The position numbers were made by a program, and so were the translations under genes. A stretch of 64,000 nucleotides of DNA from Bacteroidota bacterium. GTDB lineage: Bacteria; Bacteroidota; Bacteroidia; AKYH767-A; 2013-40CM-41-45. Each line of letters opens with the position of its first letter. Within the stretch, counting starts at the first letter, position 1. A model generated the notes under the pieces. That model was not told where the DNA came from, made no database searches, and saw only the letters and a list, made by a program, of their open reading frames with translations. The stretch lies in assembly GCA_031385005.1 (NCBI GenBank), contig JANNBB010000064.1, forward strand, positions 17,459 through 81,458, read 5' to 3'. Below are positions 26,153 through 35,907 of this stretch, piece by piece.

Positions 26153-26905
26153 TTATCTCCCTTCCTCATCAAATACTTTTGTATACTTTTTTAGATATTT
26201 TAAAATCAAATACAAGACAATGGAGCCAATGCACCCATAAATCCAGAAGGCATTGTCAATTTTTTCATCCTTTACATATTGCCCTGCGGCATAGAAGAAA
26301 AAGAAAAGCATAAACACTGCAGCTAATCCGTTCTTTTCTTTTTTCAATACTTTTTTCCAACTAAAGGGAAGGTTGGGCTTTACAAATTGACTAAAATTGG
26401 GAATAAAAGCCGGAGTACGACTCGCCCAATTGGTATAGATCGTTCCGAATTTCTTTCTGAGAAACTGCTCTTCTGCGAACATGATTCTTTCATAATATAC
26501 CCAATAGATGAAAATGAAAGTAATGATGAACCACGTATTGGCTGTTAACATCGCTACACCCAGCCACATGAAAAAGTTGCCGACATATAATGGATGACGA
26601 ACGGTTGAATAGATTCCCGAAGTGTTCAGTACATCGGCAAGTTGTCCTTCGGTGTTGCGGCCCGATGTATTTGCGGGCGTATGTCCTACTGTATAAATAC
26701 GAATGTACAAACCAAAAAGTGCTACAAGCAAGCAGCCATACATATAAATATTCTGATAGTCTGTCTGGTCGGCTGCAACCGGAGTGCGTTTCATTTCTGT
26801 CTGAAGAAAAACGACAAAACCTAAAACCAATATGATGATTGGAAATGTTCCTCTATGTTTGAAGAGGTAATTTCCCTGCGACTCCATTTCTTCTTGTAAG
26901 GCCAT
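26153..26905 (-). CDS. Membrane SAM-dependent methyltransferase, ICMT/PEMT family (lipid A phosphate methyltransferase-like)
   Basis: G..LFKHRG, L.TSGIYS.VRHPLY.GN, EE.FL..KFG..Y..WA..TPAF.P. Confidence 0.75.
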   Translation of the reverse strand: MALQEEMESQGNYLFKHRGTFPIIILVLGFVVFLQTEMKRTPVAADQTDYQNIYMYGCLLVALFGLYIRIYTVGHTPANTSGRNTEGQLADVLNTSGIYSTVRHPLYVGNFFMWLGVAMLTANTWFIITFIFIYWVYYERIMFAEEQFLRKKFGTIYTNWASRTPAFIPNFSQFVKPNLPFSWKKVLKKEKNGLAAVFMLFFFFYAAGQYVKDEKIDNAFWIYGCIGSIVLYLILKYLKKYTKVFDEEGR

Positions 26906-26956
26906 AGTTTGTTATTTAGAATGCAAAATGCAAGTGAACAAATTAAAAGAAGAAAA

Positions 26957-27502
26957 TTAGAATTTAAATGCAGCACCAATGTTTAGATAAGAAATACCAT
27001 ATCCAAGTTCCGCAAAGACGGCAACATTGGGAGCGAAGTAATAACGTCCTCCAACGTAAAGTGTCAGACTGATATAGCTATTCCATGATCCGTTAGATAA
27101 ATAACCATATGGAAAATTATCGCTATAACTTAGATTATTATAAGAAAGCATTGCACCTCCATAAACATCAAAATCAGAAGACTCAATACCATTGTAATGA
27201 TAAGCAGATCGCAAACCTATTACGGTGTATTTCCATTTTTGCTGATAGACGTTATTGTATTTATAGGATTTAAATCCAACGAAACCACCCAAACTAATTA
27301 CTCCCGGGCCGCCCACATCCCACATGCCACGCTCATATTGTAAGCTGATTCCGGGTGCAGAAGTACTGCTTCCAAATGCTCCTAAAGAGCTACCGAGTCC
27401 GATACCCACACTGGCAACATTGTTACCCAGTGAAAAATTTCCCTGGCCATAAGAAGAATTAACCAGAATAAATGCGAAGAAAAGTACAACGATCTTTTTC
27501 AT
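26957..27502 (-). CDS. Small outer-membrane beta-barrel protein
   Basis: Start MKKIVV preferred, signal peptide SYG-Q, alternating strands and C-terminal Phe (GAAFKF). Confidence 0.8.
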   Translation of the reverse strand: MKKIVVLFFAFILVNSSYGQGNFSLGNNVASVGIGLGSSLGAFGSSTSAPGISLQYERGMWDVGGPGVISLGGFVGFKSYKYNNVYQQKWKYTVIGLRSAYHYNGIESSDFDVYGGAMLSYNNLSYSDNFPYGYLSNGSWNSYISLTLYVGGRYYFAPNVAVFAELGYGISYLNIGAAFKF

Positions 27503-27773
27503 AATATTATGTTTTATGTTCAAGCAACGAATTTAGGAAAAATTACTAAGGGAGAGAATTATGACGCATGGGATAGATGAATAGGACGATAGAAAATAAT
27601 TGGATAAATCCGGATTAGGTAATCTCAACCCAATTTTGTTAAGATTAGTAATTGATTCTTAAACAGTTGAAATCTTTAAGGCATTTTAAATCAAAGAGAT
27701 TTTCAATCCCTAAAACGTTCATTCTTTCGAAGTATGTAATCAATTCGGGAGTTATTATTTACATCCTAACCTT

Positions 27774-27781
27774 TATCTTTG
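27774..27781 (+). promoter_or_regulatory. -7 promoter box TATCTTTG of pgk
   Basis: TAnnTTTG 6 nt before the ATG at 27788. Confidence 0.5.
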
Positions 27782-27787
27782 CGGAAC

Positions 27788-28978
27788 ATGAAAACGATTG
27801 ACAACTTCTCTTTCAAAAACGAAAAGGCACTTATTCGTGTCGACTTTAACGTGCCTTTTGATAAAGAATTCAACATAACAGACGATACACGCATCCGTGC
27901 AGCCATACCGACGATCAAAAAAATATTGAATGACGGCGGATCGGTTATTCTCATGTCGCATCTGGGCCGACCGAAAGAAGGACCGGCTGAAAAATATTCG
28001 CTGCGACATCTTGTTAATCATCTTTCAACTTTATTATCAAAGCCCATTCATTTTGCTGATGATTGTATCGGCGAAAGCGCAGTTAAAATGGCGGCACAAC
28101 TGAAAGCAGGAGAAATTCTTTTACTTGAAAACCTTCGTTTTTATAAAGAAGAAGAAAAAGGAAATAAAGAGTTTGCACAAAAGCTTGCCGCATTGGGAAG
28201 TGTATATGTCAACGATGCATTTGGAACAGCCCATCGTGCTCATGCCTCCACAGCTATCATTGCCGAATTTTTTCCGAACAAAAAATTCTTTGGCTATGTG
28301 ATGGCAGGAGAACTCGAAAATGCCGATCGTGTTTTGTCGAAGTCGGAAAAACCGTTTACGGCCATTATGGGAGGAGCGAAAGTCTCTGATAAAATTCTGA
28401 TCATCGAACAACTGATGAAAAAAGTAAACCACCTCATCATTGGAGGAGGAATGGCCTTCACTTTTGTAAAGGCAACAGGTGGAAAAATTGGATCTTCCTT
28501 AGTAGAAGTAGACAAACTGGATCTCGCTTTACAGATTATTAAAAAAGCGAAAGAGACAGGTGTTCAATTGCATCTTCCTGTCGATGCAATCATCGCCGAT
28601 AAATTTGATGCCGATGCAAATTCCAAAACGTGCGACATCAATTCCATTCCCGATGGTTGGATGGGACTCGACATCGGTCCGCAGTCTGAAAAAATATTCT
28701 CTGAAGTGATAAAGAACTCGAAAACTGTGTTGTGGAATGGTCCGGCCGGTGTTTTTGAATTCGAAAAATTTGCTCATGGAACGAAGACTGTAGCCGAAGC
28801 AATTGCCGAAGCGACTTCACGAGGATGTTTTTCGCTGATTGGCGGAGGCGATTCTGCCGCAGCCATCAATAAATTTCATCTGGCAGAAAAAGTATCCTAT
28901 GTTTCTACCGGTGGGGGCGCCTTGCTGGAATATATAGAAGGAAAAGAATTGCCGGGTGTTGCTGCTATTCTAAACTAA
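27788..28978 (+). CDS. pgk: Phosphoglycerate kinase
   Basis: [38 protein letters not shown] and VSTGGGA. Confidence 0.98.
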   Translation: MKTIDNFSFKNEKALIRVDFNVPFDKEFNITDDTRIRAAIPTIKKILNDGGSVILMSHLGRPKEGPAEKYSLRHLVNHLSTLLSKPIHFADDCIGESAVKMAAQLKAGEILLLENLRFYKEEEKGNKEFAQKLAALGSVYVNDAFGTAHRAHASTAIIAEFFPNKKFFGYVMAGELENADRVLSKSEKPFTAIMGGAKVSDKILIIEQLMKKVNHLIIGGGMAFTFVKATGGKIGSSLVEVDKLDLALQIIKKAKETGVQLHLPVDAIIADKFDADANSKTCDINSIPDGWMGLDIGPQSEKIFSEVIKNSKTVLWNGPAGVFEFEKFAHGTKTVAEAIAEATSRGCFSLIGGGDSAAAINKFHLAEKVSYVSTGGGALLEYIEGKELPGVAAILN

Positions 28979-29002
28979 GATTTCCGGTTATAACTCTTCG
29001 TT

Positions 29003-29482
29003 TTATTTTTTCAGCACAGAAAAAATTGAAGGGGCTATTTTCAAAATCGGATAATATAAATATGATTCTGCTTTTTTGTCGGGAGACCACCAACTCGTTG
29101 TAACATCAACCTTGTTAGCGAAAAATAAAAAAACGCTGATCATAAATGCATATTTCATTGCCCCGAAGAGTGCTCCGGCTATCTTATTGAAAATGCCGAG
29201 TGCGACGATGTTGACCAGACCTTCCAGCAGTTTAGCAATGAAAAAAATACCGATGGAAACGCCTATCCATGCAACAAAAAATGAAGCGTAGTGAATAGTC
29301 GTTGAGCCGGCATCCATGTGTTTTTCCAGAAACCCCGCTAAAAAATCCGCAATTTTAAATCCAAAGAAATAAAGTACAAAAATAATTCCGAGCACAGCGA
29401 TTTCAAAAATAAATCCCTTAATAAATCCGCGTATGAGACCGATTAAGAGCAGAGCGGTGAGTATGATGTCTATTGTTGTCAA
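29003..29482 (-). CDS. cvpA: CvpA family membrane protein
   Basis: IDIIL...L.IG.IRGF.KGFI.E and NKIAGALFG..K; TTG start. Confidence 0.8.
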   Translation of the reverse strand: MTTIDIILTALLLIGLIRGFIKGFIFEIAVLGIIFVLYFFGFKIADFLAGFLEKHMDAGSTTIHYASFFVAWIGVSIGIFFIAKLLEGLVNIVALGIFNKIAGALFGAMKYAFMISVFLFFANKVDVTTSWWSPDKKAESYLYYPILKIAPSIFSVLKK

Positions 29483-29489
29483 CTTTTTT

Positions 29490-29636
29490 TTAATTAGCTG
29501 ATTTATTAATTAGCTGATTAGCTAATTCGTTAATTAGCTAATGATTTACGTGGAGGAGTCAAATTCAATTAATTATGGTGGGTGTAATTTACTAATCTTA
29601 ATTAATAAATTATCGAATAACTAATTAGCGAATTGA
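29490..29636. repeat. 8-nt-period TAATTAGC/TAATTCGT repeat pair (family B), probable empty cassette
   Basis: 29523-29542 is identical to 42688-42707. A degenerate opposite-orientation cluster lies at 29597-29636. Confidence 0.7.
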
Positions 29637-29667
29637 AGAAACGGTATCGAAAAAACCAATCAAAGCC

Positions 29668-30393
29668 CTAAACAATACCACGCTCCTTCTTCACCTTCTC
29701 ATATGCCTCATTGATTTTCTTAAATTTCTCCTGAGCATCTTTCTGGTATTCAGGTCCGAGGTGATGAACTTTATCGGGATGATATTTTACAGCCATTCGT
29801 CTGTATGCTTTTTTAACTTCATCGTTGGTAGCGGAACGTTCAACTTCCAAAATTTTGTAAGCCGAATCGTAGTCTTGTACGAACATCGCTTTCAAACTCT
29901 CAAAATCGCGGGGGTTAACACCGATGAGGTGACTGATTTGGCTGATAACGTTTATCTCCGCCGCTCCCGGATGTCCGTCGGAAGCTGCAAGTCCGAATAA
30001 TAAATGCAATAACTGCAGGCGCGAAGGCGGATCAACATGTTGACGAATTTGTTCGCAGACTTGTCCGATGTGGATTTCTTGTTTTAGAATCTCACGAAAA
30101 AGAAGCATACGTTCACGAGCATGATTTTCGCCAAACTGACGTACAAAAAAATCGCGCACAAATTCAAGTTCAGAACGCATTACTTTCTGATCGGCTTTCA
30201 TTACTGCTGCACAAAGAACAAGAAGAGCAGCGCTGAAATCATTCTGCAATAGCGGTCGCGACGTCCCACCTTGAACTTTAATTTTTACAGCTTCTTCAGA
30301 AATCGAACCCAAAGCGAAACCTAAAATTCCGCCGATAGGTCCACCAAGTGCCCATCCGAGTCCGCCAAAAAGCCATTTATTCCAACCCGACAT
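29668..30393 (-). CDS. djlA: DjlA-like co-chaperone (TerB plus C-terminal J domain)
   Basis: Gly-rich TM N-terminus, VMKAD, AY.ILEV and KYHPDK. Confidence 0.85.
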   Translation of the reverse strand: MSGWNKWLFGGLGWALGGPIGGILGFALGSISEEAVKIKVQGGTSRPLLQNDFSAALLVLCAAVMKADQKVMRSELEFVRDFFVRQFGENHARERMLLFREILKQEIHIGQVCEQIRQHVDPPSRLQLLHLLFGLAASDGHPGAAEINVISQISHLIGVNPRDFESLKAMFVQDYDSAYKILEVERSATNDEVKKAYRRMAVKYHPDKVHHLGPEYQKDAQEKFKKINEAYEKVKKERGIV

Positions 30394-30440
30394 AGTATTG
30401 TATTTTCAATTTACCTGCTAGAGGTGTTTTAATTTTAATC

Positions 30441-31592
30441 TTATTCACTAAACTCAAATGCATTGCAAGCGCAGCCGTTTTCTCGCAGAATGTCGCGAAT
30501 AACTTTCATACTTTGTACATCGAGAGTTGGCATGTTTCGGGGTTGTTCTAAACCTGTTTCTTTGTCAATGGTGTTTTTATTTAAAAGCATTTCATTGATT
30601 AAAGCAGCCAACTTTTTTCTTTCATATTTTTTATAAATAATATATGACTTCAGTTGCTTGTCATTCATCTTACGGCAGGTATCATTTAAGAGTGCCTTGT
30701 CAACTTTCATAAAAGCAACCGGGTTTTTATAATATAAATCTACCAGATCCCAGGAGTGATTTTTTTTCTGAAAGTCTTCAGAAATTTTATACATGACACG
30801 AAAGCGGAATCCCTGCGTGTTGGCTATATATATGTTATTGTCTTCCTCCTTCATCATTCTTAAATTAGCCAACCCATTTTTTCCATAATATAAGTAAGTG
30901 TTATTGAACTTGCGATTCAAAATACGGAAACGCCCCATATCAAAACCATTTAGGTTGTCGAAGTAAATGTTTTTTAGATTGATTGAGGAAATTTTTCCTC
31001 GCCCTCTCATAGCAATACGTTGCCAACCCTGAATGGCTTTTGTTTCACCGGGAGCTGTAATGTATATCGGATAAACAGCAATGTCTTTTTCAATGAGCTT
31101 ATCCATTACCCGGTCGACGTCTTCAGGTCCTGTTGTGACATCACCATTACCGACTAGAAAAATTATTTTTTTAGCACTCGGATCTTTTGACCAGGAGATT
31201 TTTGTCAGACATGTTTTTAAAGCAGACCCTACGTATTGATCTCCCTTTTCAATTCTAGAAGGGATATTGAAAAGCTGGCTACTCATTTTTTCGAAATCAG
31301 TTCCCAAATCTCTAACCACTTTACTGTAACCGTCTTTTTTCCCATTACTGAAACGTGCATAACTGACAACAGCGATACGGTAATTAGGTTGCGGACTGCA
31401 TTGAGAGAATAAATACCAGAAATCCCAGATATGATTTCGCAAATGATCGATAAGTCCGTTCGAACTGCTGCTTAAGTCAAGACAAAAGACAACATCAATA
31501 GGTTGCCCGGTTTTTTCCTGAGCATGATTTTCTTTAATGAAAGGGGGCCACAAAAGAATGAAGCCGATTAATAGGAGTGTTATTTTTCTCAT
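30441..31592 (-). CDS. VWA domain-containing exported protein
   Basis: Start MRKITLL preferred, signal NHA-Q, MIDAS-like DVVFCLDLSSS and IIFLVGN. Confidence 0.75.
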   Translation of the reverse strand: MRKITLLLIGFILLWPPFIKENHAQEKTGQPIDVVFCLDLSSSSNGLIDHLRNHIWDFWYLFSQCSPQPNYRIAVVSYARFSNGKKDGYSKVVRDLGTDFEKMSSQLFNIPSRIEKGDQYVGSALKTCLTKISWSKDPSAKKIIFLVGNGDVTTGPEDVDRVMDKLIEKDIAVYPIYITAPGETKAIQGWQRIAMRGRGKISSINLKNIYFDNLNGFDMGRFRILNRKFNNTYLYYGKNGLANLRMMKEEDNNIYIANTQGFRFRVMYKISEDFQKKNHSWDLVDLYYKNPVAFMKVDKALLNDTCRKMNDKQLKSYIIYKKYERKKLAALINEMLLNKNTIDKETGLEQPRNMPTLDVQSMKVIRDILRENGCACNAFEFSE

Positions 31593-31655
31593 TGTACCGA
31601 ACAAGCGGCCGTAAAGGTAGCAATCCCGCAAAATTCTAAATATCTTTACACATAA

Positions 31656-31994
31656 ATGGATGCGATTGATTTACAAATATTAAAGAACAAATGGCAAGAA
31701 CTCACTGTTCGTTTGGGTAAAGAATACGGCGAAGAACCCGATTTGCAGGTAGTACTTTTTCTAATTGGTGTTCAGGAACTTGGAAAGGGGCCTCAAAAAT
31801 TTTCCAAAGATGAAAAGCAGGATTTGATGCACATCGCTGTCTGCCGGCTCCTAAGCACATTCGGATATTATGAACTTGAAGGGTTGGACCAGGATGGATG
31901 GCCTCATTGGAAACTGATAAAAAAATTGCCGCCACTGACCTTGAAGGAACAAGATTTGCTTTTAAAACAAGCGGCAGTAGAGTATTTTTTATAA
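31656..31994 (+). CDS. Conserved hypothetical protein
   Basis: LFLIGVQELG, FSKDEKQDLMHIAVCRLLS and D.DGWPHW, a family I recognise as common in Bacteroidota. Confidence 0.8.
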   Translation: MDAIDLQILKNKWQELTVRLGKEYGEEPDLQVVLFLIGVQELGKGPQKFSKDEKQDLMHIAVCRLLSTFGYYELEGLDQDGWPHWKLIKKLPPLTLKEQDLLLKQAAVEYFL

Positions 31995-32023
31995 TTAATT
32001 ATATCTATAAGATAGTCAGGCGC

Positions 32024-32389
32024 TTATAAAGAAACAGTCTGCGTAACTGTTTCATGTTCTTTCAATCGAATAAAAGAACGTCCGGTATCTCCGGTTTTAA
32101 CTACTTCTATATTAAGAAAGGCTTCGAGTTCGAAATCGAATTCGGCTCTTCCGGCGGCATCGCTTGGTTTGGTAACACGCAATTCAGATTGAACACCATT
32201 AACGGCATTCACGACAGTATCTTGCCAAAGGGTCACTTTCGCACCCTGAACAGGACGGCTGGTTGAGTCAACCACTGTAATGACGGCACGTGTAGGACCG
32301 CTTTTCTTGCAGGAAAGCGAACACATCGTAATAAAAAAACACAAAACTACCCAGCCCATATAACTGCCGGAACTTCCTTTAATATTCAT
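32024..32389 (-). CDS. Hypothetical lipoprotein (Ig/carboxypeptidase-regulatory-like domain)
   Basis: Lipobox SLS-C-KK, V.D...RPV.GAKVTL and T.SD..G.A.F. Confidence 0.7.
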   Translation of the reverse strand: MNIKGSSGSYMGWVVLCFFITMCSLSCKKSGPTRAVITVVDSTSRPVQGAKVTLWQDTVVNAVNGVQSELRVTKPSDAAGRAEFDFELEAFLNIEVVKTGDTGRSFIRLKEHETVTQTVSL

Positions 32390-32439
32390 TTGATTTTGGT
32401 TAATATTGTAGCAATTAACTTTACAAAAATATAATAAAA

Positions 32440-33144
32440 ATGAAGAAAATCACGCGTATTTTAACGTTATTCTTACTATTTAATGTGCAAGCAGGCGCAC
32501 AAAATACAGAAAAGTCGGTTCCGGCACCTGCAGTTCAGGACAAACCGGTTATTTATACTCCGGAAAAGCTGGTACTTATTACCACGAACTTAGGTGATAT
32601 GAAGGTAAAGCTATACAATGTAACGCCTAAACACAGAGATAATTTTCTCAAATTAGTTGATCAGAAATTTTATGATAGTTTATTGTTTCACCGTGTGATT
32701 CGCAACTTCATGATTCAAGGTGGAGACCCATTATCTAAAAATGCTGCTCCCGGAGTAGGATTGGGAAATGGAGATATCGGTTACACTGTTCCTGCTGAAT
32801 TTGTTGATTCATTGTATCACAAAAAAGGAGCGCTTTGTGCTGCTCGTACAGAAAATCCTGCAAAAGCAAGTAGTGGTTGTCAGTTCTATATAGTACAAGG
32901 ACAAGTAATGACACCCGAGCAGATAAGTATGTTGGAGACTCAACGCGGATTAAAACTTTCCGAAGCACAAAAGAAGGCATACACAACTGTTGGCGGATCT
33001 CCGTGGTTGGATGGAAGCTATACGGTTTATGGTGAAGTAGTAGAAGGATTAGACATTATCGATAAAATTGCCACAGTAAAAACGGCACCGGGAGATCGTC
33101 CGGTTGAAAATGTTTATATATTAAAGATGAAGCTCCTCAACTAA
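32440..33144 (+). CDS. Cyclophilin-type peptidyl-prolyl cis-trans isomerase, exported
   Basis: FHRVIRNFMIQGGDP, HKKGALCAAR, SSGCQFYIVQG, LDGSYTVYGEVVEG. Confidence 0.95.
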   Translation: MKKITRILTLFLLFNVQAGAQNTEKSVPAPAVQDKPVIYTPEKLVLITTNLGDMKVKLYNVTPKHRDNFLKLVDQKFYDSLLFHRVIRNFMIQGGDPLSKNAAPGVGLGNGDIGYTVPAEFVDSLYHKKGALCAARTENPAKASSGCQFYIVQGQVMTPEQISMLETQRGLKLSEAQKKAYTTVGGSPWLDGSYTVYGEVVEGLDIIDKIATVKTAPGDRPVENVYILKMKLLN

Positions 33145-33146
33145 GC

Positions 33147-34181
33147 ATGCAGGATAAGATTAAAGAACATATTCAGGAGATCGAAGGATTTACCGGCGGT
33201 TCTAAAGAACAAGTCGAATCGTTTCGAATAAAATTTTTAGGAAAGAAAGGCATTTTAGCCGATTTATTCGCCGACATGAAAAACATCGAGCCGGCGAAGA
33301 GGAAAGATTACGGCCAGTTGGTAAATGAGTTGAAGATAAAGGCGGAGGAAAAGATAAGTGTTCTGCAGGACGTACTTGCAAACAACGATTCGGATTCATC
33401 GGTGAAGGAATTAGATCTCTCGCTTCCATCCGAGCCCATGCGGTTAGGATCGCGTCATCCGTTATCGATGGTGAGAAATGAAATCATCAGAATTTTTTCA
33501 CGAATTGGATTTACGGTTGCAGATGGGCCGGAAATTGAGGACGACTGGCATAATTTCTCTGCATTGAATTTTCCGGAGAATCATCCTGCGCGTGATATGC
33601 AGGATACTTTTTTTCTTGAACCGATTGAAGGAAAGGATTCCATGTCGCTTCGTACGCATACATCATCCATTCAGGTTCGTGTTATGGAAACGCAAAAGCC
33701 GCCAATACGAATTCTTGCTCCCGGGCGCGTTTATAGAAACGAGGCGATTTCCGCTCGAGCTCATTGCTTTTTTCACCAGGTAGAAGGTTTATATATCGAC
33801 AAGAATGTTTCTTTCGCCGACTTAAAACAAACGTTGTTATATTTTGCTAAACAGATGTTTGGTGAAGATGCCAAAATCCGTTTGCGTCCGTCCTATTTTC
33901 CTTTTACAGAGCCCTCTGCAGAGATGGACGTCTCCTGTAACATCTGCAAGGGTAAAGGTTGCAATGTTTGTAAGTACACCGGATGGCTGGAGATCATGGG
34001 TTGTGGAATGGTGGACCCGAATGTTTTGGAAAATTGTAAAATCGATTCGGAAGTTTATTCCGGTTATGCTTTTGGAATGGGTATCGAACGTATTGCCATG
34101 TTGAAATATGATGTGAAGGATCTGCGATTGTTTTCGGAGAATGATGTGAGATTTCTGAAGCAGTTTAGATCAGAGAGCTAA
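33147..34181 (+). CDS. pheS: Phenylalanine--tRNA ligase alpha subunit
   Basis: HPARDMQDTF, LRTHTS, GRVYRNE, FHQVEGL, RPSYFPFTEPS and GFAFG-like GYAFGMGIER. Confidence 0.98.
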   Translation: MQDKIKEHIQEIEGFTGGSKEQVESFRIKFLGKKGILADLFADMKNIEPAKRKDYGQLVNELKIKAEEKISVLQDVLANNDSDSSVKELDLSLPSEPMRLGSRHPLSMVRNEIIRIFSRIGFTVADGPEIEDDWHNFSALNFPENHPARDMQDTFFLEPIEGKDSMSLRTHTSSIQVRVMETQKPPIRILAPGRVYRNEAISARAHCFFHQVEGLYIDKNVSFADLKQTLLYFAKQMFGEDAKIRLRPSYFPFTEPSAEMDVSCNICKGKGCNVCKYTGWLEIMGCGMVDPNVLENCKIDSEVYSGYAFGMGIERIAMLKYDVKDLRLFSENDVRFLKQFRSES

Positions 34182-34437
34182 GTAGGAAGTCAGAAGTAAA
34201 AAGAAGATGTTATCTGGTTTGTAAGACTATTTTATTACATTTCGCTGTATAATAGCAGGAAATGGTTTTCAGTATTAAATAATGCGCACTTTTTTTCTCA
34301 ACGTTGTCAAAATATTTAGCGCAAAGAATTCATTGATGATTATTCAAAGTAATTTGTTTAATTCAGTTTATTAGTATTATGGATAAGTCTACTTTTTTCT
34401 TTAGGTATAAATCTATTTATATATTTTAGATTATTAT

Positions 34438-35742
34438 ATGGGAATTGTAGGAACAAAAATTAAATCAGTTTTTTATATAATATTGATAGCATGTCTGACT
34501 GTTCCTTTTATTCAACAAAAACTTTCTTTAATACATGAAGCAAAATTAGAAGGTGCATTTGTGTACAAGACAAAGCCCGTATTTAATTGGACTGATTGGT
34601 TTGCCGGGAAGTATCAGACTGCTGCGGAGGAATATATCAATGAATCATTCGGATTCAGGAATAGTTTGGTTAGAGTGAACAATCAACTTGCGTTTAGTTT
34701 TTTCGGGAAAGCGAATGCAGAAAACATTGTTGTTGGGAAAAACAATTATTTATTTCAGCGACCAAGCATAAATGCGTATTTCGGTTTGGATTTTTTAGGT
34801 AAAGAACAGATAGAAGCACGGATGAATCGTTTGAAATTTATCAGCGATACCCTATCTAAATTAAATAAAAATTTGATTCTGATTTTTGGAACCGGGAAGG
34901 GATCTTTTTTTTCGGAATATATTCCTGATATTTTTCAAACAGAAAACAAAAAAACCAACTTTGAATTACAGGCAGAGTATGCTCAAAAAATAGGGCTAAA
35001 CCTCATTGACTTTAATAAATATTTTATCAACTTGAAGAAATCAGTTCCATATCCTCTTTACCCACAATATGGAATTCACTGGAGCAGGTATGGGGGTTGT
35101 CTTGTGACGGATTCTGTTTTACATTACATTGAATCTTTAAGAAATATTGACATGCCTGAATTAATTATTGATACAATTGAAATGCGAAGGCCGGAGAATG
35201 AAGATTATGATATTGCAGGGGGAATGAACCTTTTATTCAGGCTGAAGAGTTTTGATATGGCTTATCCTAAAATTCGGTATGAATCAGATTCAGGAAAAAC
35301 AAAGCCATCTGTTTTGGTTATTGGTGACAGCTTTTATTGGGGAATGTCAAACATGGATATATCTAAAGCATTTTCAAAAAACACTTTTTGGTTTTACAAT
35401 AATAGAGGAACTGCCGGCGCCTTGCATGAATTATCTGTTGCTATGCGACTTAAAATGGCGGAAGAAATAAAAGATTATGATGTTGTTATATTGATCGGTA
35501 CAGAAGCTTCCATGCCGGATTGGGGTTGGGGATTTATTGAAAACAGTTATTGTTATTACAAAGGCATCAGCATGACTGAACTTGAAGAGTTATTGTTTCA
35601 GGATAAAGTTACTTACATGAAAGAGCGATTGAAGAGAGACAAGACTAAAATGGAACGAATAACCGAAATGGCGAAGAGAAATCATATCAGCGTTGATTCC
35701 ATGATTACATTAAGAGTACTACAGCGAATGAAAAAAAGGTAA
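34438..35742 (+). CDS. AlgJ/AlgX-like SGNH O-acetyltransferase, paralog 1
   Basis: N-terminal TM, GKNNYLF, GIHWS and VIGDSFYWG, adjacent to an MBOAT gene. Confidence 0.75.
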   Translation: MGIVGTKIKSVFYIILIACLTVPFIQQKLSLIHEAKLEGAFVYKTKPVFNWTDWFAGKYQTAAEEYINESFGFRNSLVRVNNQLAFSFFGKANAENIVVGKNNYLFQRPSINAYFGLDFLGKEQIEARMNRLKFISDTLSKLNKNLILIFGTGKGSFFSEYIPDIFQTENKKTNFELQAEYAQKIGLNLIDFNKYFINLKKSVPYPLYPQYGIHWSRYGGCLVTDSVLHYIESLRNIDMPELIIDTIEMRRPENEDYDIAGGMNLLFRLKSFDMAYPKIRYESDSGKTKPSVLVIGDSFYWGMSNMDISKAFSKNTFWFYNNRGTAGALHELSVAMRLKMAEEIKDYDVVILIGTEASMPDWGWGFIENSYCYYKGISMTELEELLFQDKVTYMKERLKRDKTKMERITEMAKRNHISVDSMITLRVLQRMKKR

Positions 35743-35907
35743 ATAATTTAAGTAGGTAAAGAGAATTGTCGTATTTCTAAATTAAACATGTTTTGTGTTT
35801 CAAAATAATTTTTACATTTAGAAAATATTATCTAATTCAAAATTCTTTTTTTAAGTAAAAGTTAAAATACTTGCCGTTCTGATTGTTTAATAAGTTATTT
35901 TACATAT

